Below, one piece after another: positions 1 to 7,981 of a DNA stretch of 32,000 bases (positions within the stretch are counted from its first letter, which is position 1; every line of letters starts with the position of its first letter). A program made the position numbers and the translations under genes. Under the pieces are notes generated by a model. The model had not been told where the DNA came from and did not search any database. It saw nothing but the letters and a program-made list of their open reading frames with translations. Origin of the DNA: Psychrobacter sp. DM4 (lineage in GTDB: Bacteria; Pseudomonadota; Gammaproteobacteria; Pseudomonadales; Moraxellaceae); the NCBI RefSeq assembly GCF_051307035.1, contig NZ_CP195537.1, positions 1 through 32,000 on the forward strand, written 5' to 3'.

Positions 1-957
1 ATGACTAAAGACAATAGCAATGAGCACGATATACACGACGAGCTTATTAATCTAGTGACCAGACTCAAACCTGTGATTGAAGCCTTGCGAGCACTGATTG
101 GACAAGCCGATGATGCGGTGGCAACGCGCCTTGATCGATCGCTTGGCCGTATTGATAGTACAGTGGATGAAATAAGCACTGTCATTGCAGAATTAGGGAA
201 CAGCATAAGCGTCACCTCGGAAACATTGAGTCAGTATCAAAATCTTGTTTTAGAACAGCTCCAAGCAGCAGTCACGGCCTTTACTGACAATGAGATGCCG
301 CGTCGTTATGATGACAAAATAGCAGGCATCATCACCGATATGAAACAGCAGATTGATACGGCTGTAGAGTCGGTCGTCACTGCTAAAAACGACAGCATAG
401 AGGTACAAGTGAGTACGATGCAAGCGGTGGCTGACAAGCTTGGCGCAAGCGCTGACAATCTAGCCCTATTCACCAATCAGTACCAAGCTGGTCATAAGCA
501 GATTATTGAAGATATTGAGACCTTTGAGACCACCACCAAAACGCGGATTGAGCAGGTCGAGGGTAGAGCTAGTAAAGACTTGGACAAAATTCATAAGTCC
601 ATTGAGACTATGAGTATTAAAAGGATTGCAGCCGTTGTCGCAGCGGGTACGATGGTTGTGATAGTAAGTTTGGTGGCCCTGGTATTTTGGTATGTGCCAA
701 GCTTTGATGAGATTGCAGAGATGAGATACCAGCAAGCAGAGCTACAGCGCGGCATCGATGAGCTTGAAACGGGGTGGAAGCAGGCATTTGATAACGCTCA
801 AAGTCAGCAGATTATTTTGGCTTGTGATGTTAATGAAGCGCAGCCTGATGCAATCAGCTGGTGCGTTAGAGCAGACAGTAAAAGTGTTTTGAGAGATGAG
901 AGAGGCTTTGTTTATTATAAAATAGCTGGGGTGCCGCGTGCAGAGCCGACTGAGTAA
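1..957 (+). CDS. Hypothetical coiled-coil protein with one C-proximal transmembrane helix
   Basis: 318-aa ORF with ATG at window position 1 (the true start could lie upstream of the window) and TAA at 955-957. It has a long Q/E/D/T-rich, helical-looking N-terminal region, the hydrophobic segment IAAVVAAGTMVVIVSLVALVFWYV, and a ~85-aa tail with two Cys. No family recognised by eye. Confidence 0.5.
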   Translation: MTKDNSNEHDIHDELINLVTRLKPVIEALRALIGQADDAVATRLDRSLGRIDSTVDEISTVIAELGNSISVTSETLSQYQNLVLEQLQAAVTAFTDNEMPRRYDDKIAGIITDMKQQIDTAVESVVTAKNDSIEVQVSTMQAVADKLGASADNLALFTNQYQAGHKQIIEDIETFETTTKTRIEQVEGRASKDLDKIHKSIETMSIKRIAAVVAAGTMVVIVSLVALVFWYVPSFDEIAEMRYQQAELQRGIDELETGWKQAFDNAQSQQIILACDVNEAQPDAISWCVRADSKSVLRDERGFVYYKIAGVPRAEPTE

Positions 958-1058
958 AGGCATATGGTAATAGTAAGCCATATTGCCCAAAAGTGCGTCT
1001 TCTGAGACATATAAGACTGAAAAAAGCTTGTTTGATTGTCGTTATCTTTGTCTATATT

Positions 1059-1091
1059 AAAAAGCCAGATAATGACACTTTATCTGGCTTT
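1059..1091. terminator. Bidirectional intrinsic terminator-like hairpin between convergent genes
   Basis: Perfect 10-bp stem AGCCAGATAA (1063-1072) / TTATCTGGCT (1080-1089) with a 7-nt loop. It is flanked by A5 (1059-1063) and TTT (1089-1091). The T-run is better on the minus strand, downstream of the 1145-1420 gene. Confidence 0.55.
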
Positions 1092-1144
1092 AAGGGTTAT
1101 TGTTTCTTGTTAAACAAGTTGTCTGTAAATATAAGCTAAAGCCA

Positions 1145-1420
1145 TTACGCTGCTTGGTCAGTGTGAGCTGTGACCAACTCTATAAAAGCGGTTTCAAGGG
1201 TGGTTAACGCATAATCGTCAACGATAAGACCGTCGTCTAGCTGTCGTTGCACCCAGACATAGACCGCTTCATCATTATAAAGAATGGGGTCAACACCAAG
1301 TAGGGTTGCCAGCTGTACGCCTTGCTGTATTTGTAAGCTTAATAACAGCTGAGAGGCTAACGTTTTAGTCTGTTCACTAAACCATGTGCAGCTATTGAGC
1401 CGAGATAGATTGTTACTCAT
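1145..1420 (-). CDS. Hypothetical small protein (91 aa)
   Basis: The ORF track gives 1145-1450. I prefer the internal ATG at 1418-1420 (MSNNLSRL...) because AGGAGA lies 6-7 nt upstream of it. No motif recognised. Confidence 0.5.
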   Translation of the reverse strand: MSNNLSRLNSCTWFSEQTKTLASQLLLSLQIQQGVQLATLLGVDPILYNDEAVYVWVQRQLDDGLIVDDYALTTLETAFIELVTAHTDQAA

Positions 1421-1575
1421 TGGTATTCTCCTATAGATTATTATACACATATAATAGATAAAATGACTTACTACAGGTCAAATTATACCTATATTTTAAT
1501 CTATTGCAAGAGAAAATGACCTCCTAAAGGTCTTTTTGTATGTTTAAAGACAACCACAGCTCATGACAACGTTAT

Positions 1576-1800
1576 TTATACTAGTGACTCACTGCTGTCC
1601 TCATTTATGATTTCGTATAAATCACCAACGTTGATTCTAAGATAAGTACATAAAGACTCGATGACATCTAGATCAACGCGGGTGGCTTCTTCATGATACA
1701 TGCGAGTAATGGTGCCACGATTGATGCCAGTATCTCTTGAGATATCGGCAATTTTAAGGCGTCTTTCACCCATGATGGTCGATAAGTGACACTTCACCAT
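1576..1800 (-). CDS. XRE/Cro-type helix-turn-helix transcriptional regulator (74 aa)
   Basis: The sequence MGERRLKIADISRDTGINRGTITRMYHEE..VDLDVIESLCTYLRINVGDLYE fits the short Cro/CI HTH pattern. The ATG at 1798-1800 (MVKCH...) is preceded by GAGGGA 6 nt upstream, so the track start at 1818 is less likely. Confidence 0.75.
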   Translation of the reverse strand: MVKCHLSTIMGERRLKIADISRDTGINRGTITRMYHEEATRVDLDVIESLCTYLRINVGDLYEIINEDSSESLV

Positions 1801-2051
1801 AGTGGTTCCCTCATTCATATTAGTGGTTTTTGATTGGTGAGCGGATTATAACGAATATGAGCGGCTAAAGTATTGCTTTTAGTAGCTCAAATTGATATCT
1901 AATAACAGCAATTTATGTATTAGTAGGCAGTTTATTATGCTGCCTTTTATACAGGACGTCCATCATGATGGATATACGCTCGTTAGAAAAGACGATGCTA
2001 TTTCTAATATGAGATATTGCTATTAGTAATGATGTGACGTATATTTTTAGC

Positions 2052-2140
2052 TATACTTATATACTTATATACTTATATACTTATATACTTATATACTTAT
2101 ATACTTATATACTTATATACTTATATACTTATATACTCAA
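2052..2140 (+). repeat. 8-bp-periodic tetramer-box array (10 x ACTT + 1 x ACTC, ATAT spacers); candidate par centromere/operator
   Basis: Direct reading shows ACTT at 2055, 2063, 2071 ... 2127 (10 boxes, exactly 8 bp apart) and then ACTC at 2135. Each unit also reads TATACT (-10-like). The array ends 25 bp before the parA ATG. Confidence 0.9.
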
Positions 2141-2164
2141 TACATACTACAGGGACCTGTATTT

Positions 2165-2803
2165 ATGAAAGTAATTGCGGTATTGAATCAAAAGGGTGGC
2201 AGCGGTAAGACCACCATTGCAACGCATTTGGCACGAGGACTACAGCTAAAAGGTCATAGTGTGCTGCTGGTAGATAGTGACCAACAAGGTAGTGCGCGTG
2301 ACTGGAGAGCAGTTGATGAAGACAATCCGGTCCCAGTGATTGGACTTGATCGGCCGACGCTGGATAAAGATTTAAAATATGTGTCTGATAAAGAGTACGT
2401 GGTGATTGATGGGTCACCCCAAGCGACCAGTCTGGCCATTTCAGCTATTAAAGCCGCTGACTTCATCTTGATACCGGTTCAGCCTAGCCCCTACGACATA
2501 TGGGCGACCAGCGATTTGGTTGACTTGGTGCAGCAGCGTATAGAGATGATGGATGGCAAACTAAAGGCTGCTTTTGTCGTGTCACGTGCTATTCAAAACA
2601 CCAATATAGGTAAGGAAGTAGCGACAGCACTACTCGATTATAACCTTCCAGTGTTAGAGACCAGAGTGATGCAGCGTGTTGCTTATCCTAACAGTGCTGC
2701 CCTTGGTAAAACAGTATTTGATACCGAATCGCCTAATAGCAATGCGATACAAGAGATAAGCGCATTGGTGAGTGAGATTCAAACATTTTTTAGTGAGGAG
2801 TAA
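2165..2803 (+). CDS. parA: ParA/ParF-type partition ATPase (type Ib, no N-terminal HTH)
   Basis: Carries the deviant Walker A motif in VLNQKGGSGKTTIATHLA, followed by LLVDSDQQGS and a VVIDGSP-type Walker B region. It is 212 aa long and is immediately followed by a small gene. Confidence 0.9.
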   Translation: MKVIAVLNQKGGSGKTTIATHLARGLQLKGHSVLLVDSDQQGSARDWRAVDEDNPVPVIGLDRPTLDKDLKYVSDKEYVVIDGSPQATSLAISAIKAADFILIPVQPSPYDIWATSDLVDLVQQRIEMMDGKLKAAFVVSRAIQNTNIGKEVATALLDYNLPVLETRVMQRVAYPNSAALGKTVFDTESPNSNAIQEISALVSEIQTFFSEE

Positions 2804-2806
2804 ATC

Positions 2807-3016
2807 ATGAGTTTATCAGCAGGTCGTCCAAGTAAAAAATCTAAGGATGAATTGGCTTTGTCGGATGTGACCGACAGTCCCAAAAAAACGGTACGAGTGA
2901 ATTTTAACCTAGATGAAGATAAGCACATTGCGCTCAAACGATACGCGCTTGAAAGCCGGAAAACAGTTACTGAGCTGTTGACCGAAATGATTGAAGAAAA
3001 GCTGGTTGAGCGGTAA
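2807..3016 (+). CDS. Small ParG-like ribbon-helix-helix centromere-binding protein (69 aa)
   Basis: The ATG lies 3 nt after the parA stop, with GAGGAG inside the parA 3' end. It has a basic, disordered-looking N-terminus (GRPSKKSKDE) and a C-terminal beta-alpha-alpha pattern, RVNFNLDEDKHIALKRYALESRKTVTELLTEMIEE. Size and position match type Ib partners. Confidence 0.6.
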   Translation: MSLSAGRPSKKSKDELALSDVTDSPKKTVRVNFNLDEDKHIALKRYALESRKTVTELLTEMIEEKLVER

Positions 3017-3252
3017 GTGTAAGACATAAAATATATATATCGGTTATAGGATTTCAGATCTGATTTTTTAACAACACCTGTTCAACCAATATTTTTTCGC
3101 AATAATAGACTAATGACGAGTTTTTTTATCCCTGATCTGTTACTGTTAAGCTATACGTATTTAGCGCCTTGCTGGCCTAAAAATTTGGATTAACCGTAGG
3201 GCGGCGTGCTGGTCATTGTTGCGCTGACTTCATTATGTAGCTGAAGGTAAAA

Positions 3253-6123
3253 ATGCTTGACGTTCATCCATCAAAGAAAAAAGCCATTGAGCACCACCGA
3301 GGCCCGCTATTGATCATTGCGGGCCCGGGATCTGGGAAAACTTATACCCTAGTTGAGCGCATCATGAACCTCATTCATGTACATAGTGCAAAACCAGAAC
3401 AGTTGCTTGTTGTTACTTTCACAGAAAAAGCGGCGCAAGAGCTGAAGACGCGTATTTCTAATCGCTTGTTAGAACTAGGGTCTTTGTTCAATGTGAACGA
3501 GATGTACTTGGGGACATTTCACTCGATATGTTTGCGCATTCTCGAAGAGTATCGCGATTTCACGCGACTTAAGCGCAGTTTTGTGCTTATGGATCAGTTC
3601 GATCAACAGTATTTTTTGTATCAAAGACTACGCGATTTTAAAGATATCGAGGGCATAGAACATATTCAAGGCGAGCACAAGATTCCTGCATGGGCAAAGT
3701 CTGAGAATCTGCTTGGTTGGTTAAATAAGGCGTCAGAAGAGGTTCTTGATATCGACAAACTGGTTGCTTCACCAGATGAAGCGATCTCTGCGCTTGGCGA
3801 GGCCTATAAGGTTTATCAAGAGCTTTTATTGAATGAGAACGCCTTAGATTTTTCTTGTATTCAACTTGAAACACTCGTGCTTCTGCAGCAGCATCCACAT
3901 ATCTTGGAAGAATTGACTACTAAAATTACTTATTTGATGGTTGATGAATATCAAGATACTAATACCATTCAAGAGTATTTACTGCAGCTATTAATGGGTG
4001 CCAAGCGTAATTTGTGTGTAGTGGGAGATGACGACCAAGCTCTTTATCGTTTCCGCGGTGCAAGTGTGCGAAACATCCTAGAGTTTCCAGCTCAGTTTGC
4101 TCCAAATGAGTGTGAACAAGTAAAGTTATCGATTAATTATCGTTCGCACCCTGATATTGTTAACTTTTACGACTCATATATGGGAGATAAACCTTGGCTA
4201 CGCGAAGGTGTTAATTATCGTTATGCTAAAACAATACGCCCGCGCGATGGTGAGTTTAAAGCAGGGCCTACCGTCGTCAGTGCGATTACACCAGAAGGTG
4301 ATGATTGGCATGAAGACGTCTACCAAATTCTCATGCATCTAAAACAAAACGGTAAACTAACGGACTGGAATCAAGCAGCATTTTTATTTCGTTCCGTGAA
4401 ATCAGATAAGGTTCGAGCACTTGCTCAGTCTTTAGAAGAGAAAGGCATTCCGGTTTATTCTCCGCGTGCGAATCTATTTTTCGAGCGAGAAGAAATCTGT
4501 TACATGTTAGGTGCGTTTAATTTGGTTTTCCCTATGGTGATGGCCGAGCGTAAGAAAAAAATAGCTGATGGACGTAAGCTCCCTATATGGGATTATTATA
4601 CCAATCATTGCTTAGCACCGTTTATAGCCAAGTTAAAAGAACCAGAACAAGCAGATTTGCTCAGATGGTGCCAGCAAAAAGCGAAAGCGCACATAGGTCT
4701 AACCAAGAATGCTGATTCAGCTTTTCTCGGCCTGTTTTATGAGTTATTGCAGTTTCCTTTATTCTCAAACTACCTTGAACAACACAGCGGCAACGAACGC
4801 GCTCAGCGTAACCTTGCTCAGCTAAGTCGAATGCTTGGTAAGTTTGAATATTTGCACCGAGTCAGTGTTCTGAACCCCAAATACTTACTGTCTAACCTAA
4901 CGTCCTTATTTGATAATTTTCTAAAATTTTTATTTGAAGGGGGGATAGATGAATACGAGGATATGTCCGAATATGCACCATCAGGATGCGTGTCCTTCTT
5001 AACCATTCACCAGTCTAAAGGATTAGAATTTCCGATTGTTTTTGTCGGTTCACTTGAAGGTGTTCCGCGTAAACAATACACCGACCTTGATGAGATTATT
5101 GAACATCAATACATGGCCAAACCTCCTTTTGAGCCACTAGATGACACTAAGTATTTCGATTTTTGGCGTTTGTTCTATACCGCTTTTTCGAGGCCGCAAA
5201 ACTTATTGGTCCTAACAGGGCAAGAAAAATCAGGACATGGCAAAACACCTTCCAGACATTTCACGGATTACACCACACAGCTACCTTATTGGCGCGATGT
5301 AAAGCACAAGCTTGCTGAAATAGAGTTCGAGCAAGTAAAAGATGTGAATATCAAGCATGAGTATGCCTTTACCTCTCACATTACCTTATTCGAGACCTGC
5401 GCAGAGCAATATCGATTATTCAAAGAGCTCGAGTTCCAACCTGTAAAGGCAAGCCCTATGCTATTTGGTACTTTAATTCATGAGACCCTAGAGGATGTCC
5501 ATAAGTCGGCAATTCGTGGTGAAACGGATATACTCACGAAAGATAATATTAAAAGTTGGTTACTGAGTAACTACGAGAACTTAGCTAATCGTGAACGTAT
5601 GTATTTAGGGGAGTCGACATTAGGTGCGGCACTAAAACATGTAATGCGTTATGTCGAGCGAAAGGGTAGTGATTGGTCCGACATACAAGAAACTGAATTT
5701 GATATCTCGTTAGTCAAAGAACGTTATGTGTTAACCGGTAGCGTAGATTTGATTAAAGGGGAAGGAGACAGCGTTGAGATCGTTGATTTCAAATCAGAGC
5801 GTAAGCCAAATATGGAAAAAGACAGAGAGCGCATCTTGCATCACCAGCGTCAGTTAGAAATTTATGCGTATTTGGTAGAAGCAAATAGCGATTACAAAGT
5901 TAGTAAGATGCATTTGTATTTTACTGGCGAAACAACCGGCTTACCGACCATTAGTTTTAATAAAAACATCTCAGCAATTGACCATACTATTCATCAATTT
6001 GATAGTATTGTCGACAAAATTGAAAGCAAAGATTTCTCACTGAAAGCTCGACCAGATAAAACCTGTGTAGATTGCAGCGCACGCGCCTATTGCGACCGAA
6101 AAAATTGGACATTTTGTGCTTAG
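3253..6123 (+). CDS. UvrD/PcrA-family SF1 helicase fused to a C-terminal 4-Cys PD-(D/E)XK (Cas4/AddB-like) nuclease
   Basis: Helicase motifs: AGPGSGKT (3319-3342), VVTFTEKAAQEL, GTFHS, DEYQDTN, VGDDDQALYRFRGA, INYRS, TIHQSKGLEFPIVFV, YTAFSRPQNLLVL. C-terminal nuclease motifs: ETCAEQY, GTLIHETLE, VDLIKGEGDSVEIVDFKS, QLEIYAYL, CVDCSARAYC. Confidence 0.85.
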   Translation: MLDVHPSKKKAIEHHRGPLLIIAGPGSGKTYTLVERIMNLIHVHSAKPEQLLVVTFTEKAAQELKTRISNRLLELGSLFNVNEMYLGTFHSICLRILEEYRDFTRLKRSFVLMDQFDQQYFLYQRLRDFKDIEGIEHIQGEHKIPAWAKSENLLGWLNKASEEVLDIDKLVASPDEAISALGEAYKVYQELLLNENALDFSCIQLETLVLLQQHPHILEELTTKITYLMVDEYQDTNTIQEYLLQLLMGAKRNLCVVGDDDQALYRFRGASVRNILEFPAQFAPNECEQVKLSINYRSHPDIVNFYDSYMGDKPWLREGVNYRYAKTIRPRDGEFKAGPTVVSAITPEGDDWHEDVYQILMHLKQNGKLTDWNQAAFLFRSVKSDKVRALAQSLEEKGIPVYSPRANLFFEREEICYMLGAFNLVFPMVMAERKKKIADGRKLPIWDYYTNHCLAPFIAKLKEPEQADLLRWCQQKAKAHIGLTKNADSAFLGLFYELLQFPLFSNYLEQHSGNERAQRNLAQLSRMLGKFEYLHRVSVLNPKYLLSNLTSLFDNFLKFLFEGGIDEYEDMSEYAPSGCVSFLTIHQSKGLEFPIVFVGSLEGVPRKQYTDLDEIIEHQYMAKPPFEPLDDTKYFDFWRLFYTAFSRPQNLLVLTGQEKSGHGKTPSRHFTDYTTQLPYWRDVKHKLAEIEFEQVKDVNIKHEYAFTSHITLFETCAEQYRLFKELEFQPVKASPMLFGTLIHETLEDVHKSAIRGETDILTKDNIKSWLLSNYENLANRERMYLGESTLGAALKHVMRYVERKGSDWSDIQETEFDISLVKERYVLTGSVDLIKGEGDSVEIVDFKSERKPNMEKDRERILHHQRQLEIYAYLVEANSDYKVSKMHLYFTGETTGLPTISFNKNISAIDHTIHQFDSIVDKIESKDFSLKARPDKTCVDCSARAYCDRKNWTFCA

Positions 6124-6160
6124 TTTTAGCTAAGTACTTCGAATATTAAGAGAATAAATC

Positions 6161-7981
6161 ATGTCAAACGACCAGATCAATGTAGAACACTACAAATTTG
6201 AGCCCATCAAAGGCTACCCGATGCTGAACTGGCAAGGCAAACGCCCTTTCCGTTCAACACAATACTTCCCCGCTCAACTCAAAGAAGTCTATGGTCAAGA
6301 GGATGATTCAGGCTGGATTAATAAGATTTTCTGGGGTGATAATCTTCAGGTCATGAGTCATTTGCTAAAAGAGTTCCGAGGTAAGGTGGATTTAATTTAT
6401 ATCGACCCACCTTTTGATTCAAAAGCGGACTATAAAAAGGTGATAAAACTCAAGGGTAAAAGTATAACAAACGATGCGAATAGTTTTGAGGAAAAGCAAT
6501 ATACCGATATTTGGTCTAATGATGATTATCTTCAATTTATGTATGAAAGATTAGTTGTTGCTAAAGAGTTATTAGCTGAAGATGGAAAAATAATTGTTCA
6601 TATAGACTATCGAAAGTCCTCACATATAAAATGCATTATGGATGAAGTTTTTGGTTTCGATAGATTTAGAAATGAAATTATTTGGCATTATTCAGGCTGG
6701 CTTAAAGCCAGTACATCTCAATTCGCGAGAAAACATGATAACTTATTGTTCTATGTGAAGAATGATACAGCAAAGATTAATATTACTTATGAGTCTTGGG
6801 TGGATGCTTATTCATTAAAAGAGCTTAAGAAAATGCAGTTTGGTAAAGACACTAAAGGTGATTTCTTTATTGATAATAATCAAAAAATATATTTAATGGA
6901 TATTCTTTCTGGATACTTAGCAAACCGTAAGCAAGCAGTACATGAAGATGATATAGGACAGTTTGTATATGCTGATGGTCGTAATACTAATAAGAGATAT
7001 TTAAAGGATGTGTTGCTTGGAGGTAAAGCTGTAGATGATGTATGGGATATCAAAGCATTAACAACCTCAGCAAATGAGCGAGTAGGTTACCCTACACAAA
7101 AACCTGAAGAGTTAGTTGAGCGTATCATTGAGGCTTGTAGTAATAGTGGTGGATTAGTTTTTGACTTCTTTATGGGCTCAGGAACAACTCAAGCAGTCGC
7201 TCATAAGTTAGGGCGCAAGTTTATAGGTGCTGATATAAACTTAGGAGCAGTTCAAACAACAACTAAAAGGTTATCAAAAGAAAAGGCTAACTTTGAAGTT
7301 TTCAATGTCAATAATTATGAAATTTTCCGCAATCCAGTTGAAGCAAAAGAGTTACTCATAGAAGCTCTAGAAATTCAAAAGCTCGATGCAACTTCAGTCT
7401 ACGACGGTGAAAAAGACGGCTATAAAGTCAAAATAATGCCGGTTAACCGCATTGCGACTAAAGAAGACTTGAATGAGTTAATCGCAAACTTCCCTTACAA
7501 GCAATTTGAGTCGCGTAAAGAAGCCAACCCAAACCAATCAGTAGAAGAAATTATGCTGGTATGTATGGGACATGAGCCAAGTTTAGGGGCAACACTAGAG
7601 AATGAATCAGGCTATAAACTTAAGGTTCAAGTGGTTGACATTCTTCGCGACAAATCTGACCTAACGTTCAAGTACGATTCAGAAGCTGCTATAAAGATCG
7701 AAGGCAATAAATTAGTCGTTGAAGCCTTCTATCCACGTAACTTACTTCAAAAGCTTAGCCAACAAAAAGATGACGTGGAAGAGTGGCGTGAGATGGTCGA
7801 GTCCATAATGATTGACTGGAACTTCGATGGCGCGGTTATGGAACCTGTAGTAATAGATATCCCACCTAAAGATGAATTTGTCGTTGGTGAATATGAGATC
7901 CCAGAAGGTGCTAGCAACATCAAGGTGAAGATCACTGATTTACTTTCGGAATCTTACGAGGAGGTGATCGTTCATGGCTAA
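6161..7981 (+). CDS. Type III Mod-like (beta-class) DNA methyltransferase, probably N6-adenine
   Basis: Motif IV LIYIDPPFDS (aa ~82) precedes motif I VFDFFMGSGTTQAVAHKLGRKFIGADIN (aa ~336), which is the beta-class order. A ~250-aa region separates them (candidate target-recognition domain) and a ~240-aa C-terminal extension follows. The stop overlaps the res ATG. Confidence 0.85.
   Translation: MSNDQINVEHYKFEPIKGYPMLNWQGKRPFRSTQYFPAQLKEVYGQEDDSGWINKIFWGDNLQVMSHLLKEFRGKVDLIYIDPPFDSKADYKKVIKLKGKSITNDANSFEEKQYTDIWSNDDYLQFMYERLVVAKELLAEDGKIIVHIDYRKSSHIKCIMDEVFGFDRFRNEIIWHYSGWLKASTSQFARKHDNLLFYVKNDTAKINITYESWVDAYSLKELKKMQFGKDTKGDFFIDNNQKIYLMDILSGYLANRKQAVHEDDIGQFVYADGRNTNKRYLKDVLLGGKAVDDVWDIKALTTSANERVGYPTQKPEELVERIIEACSNSGGLVFDFFMGSGTTQAVAHKLGRKFIGADINLGAVQTTTKRLSKEKANFEVFNVNNYEIFRNPVEAKELLIEALEIQKLDATSVYDGEKDGYKVKIMPVNRIATKEDLNELIANFPYKQFESRKEANPNQSVEEIMLVCMGHEPSLGATLENESGYKLKVQVVDILRDKSDLTFKYDSEAAIKIEGNKLVVEAFYPRNLLQKLSQQKDDVEEWREMVESIMIDWNFDGAVMEPVVIDIPPKDEFVVGEYEIPEGASNIKVKITDLLSESYEEVIVHG

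Noticed and set aside
466-990. Minus-strand ORFs 466-735 and 742-990 opposite the first gene
   Set aside because: They are fully antisense to a longer ORF with coherent composition. The peptides are low-complexity and I saw no SD. They are typical shadow ORFs.
2052-2140. 8-bp tandem arrays (here and at 17624-17818) as CRISPR arrays
   Set aside because: The period is only 8 bp with no unique spacers, and no cas genes are present. The structure fits protein-binding iterons or centromere boxes, not CRISPR.
2163-3027. Minus-strand ORFs 2163-2417, 2254-2466 and 2779-3027
   Set aside because: They are antisense to parA and the parG-like gene, whose motifs are unambiguous.
3054-3069. TCAGATCTGA palindrome followed by T6 as the parG terminator
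   Set aside because: A 10-bp palindrome with no loop cannot form a stable terminator hairpin, and extension of the arms fails.
4157-5006. ORFs 4157-4342 (+), 4818-5006 (-) and 3638-3898 (-) inside the helicase gene
   Set aside because: They are out of frame or antisense within a 956-aa ORF that carries a full ordered helicase motif set.
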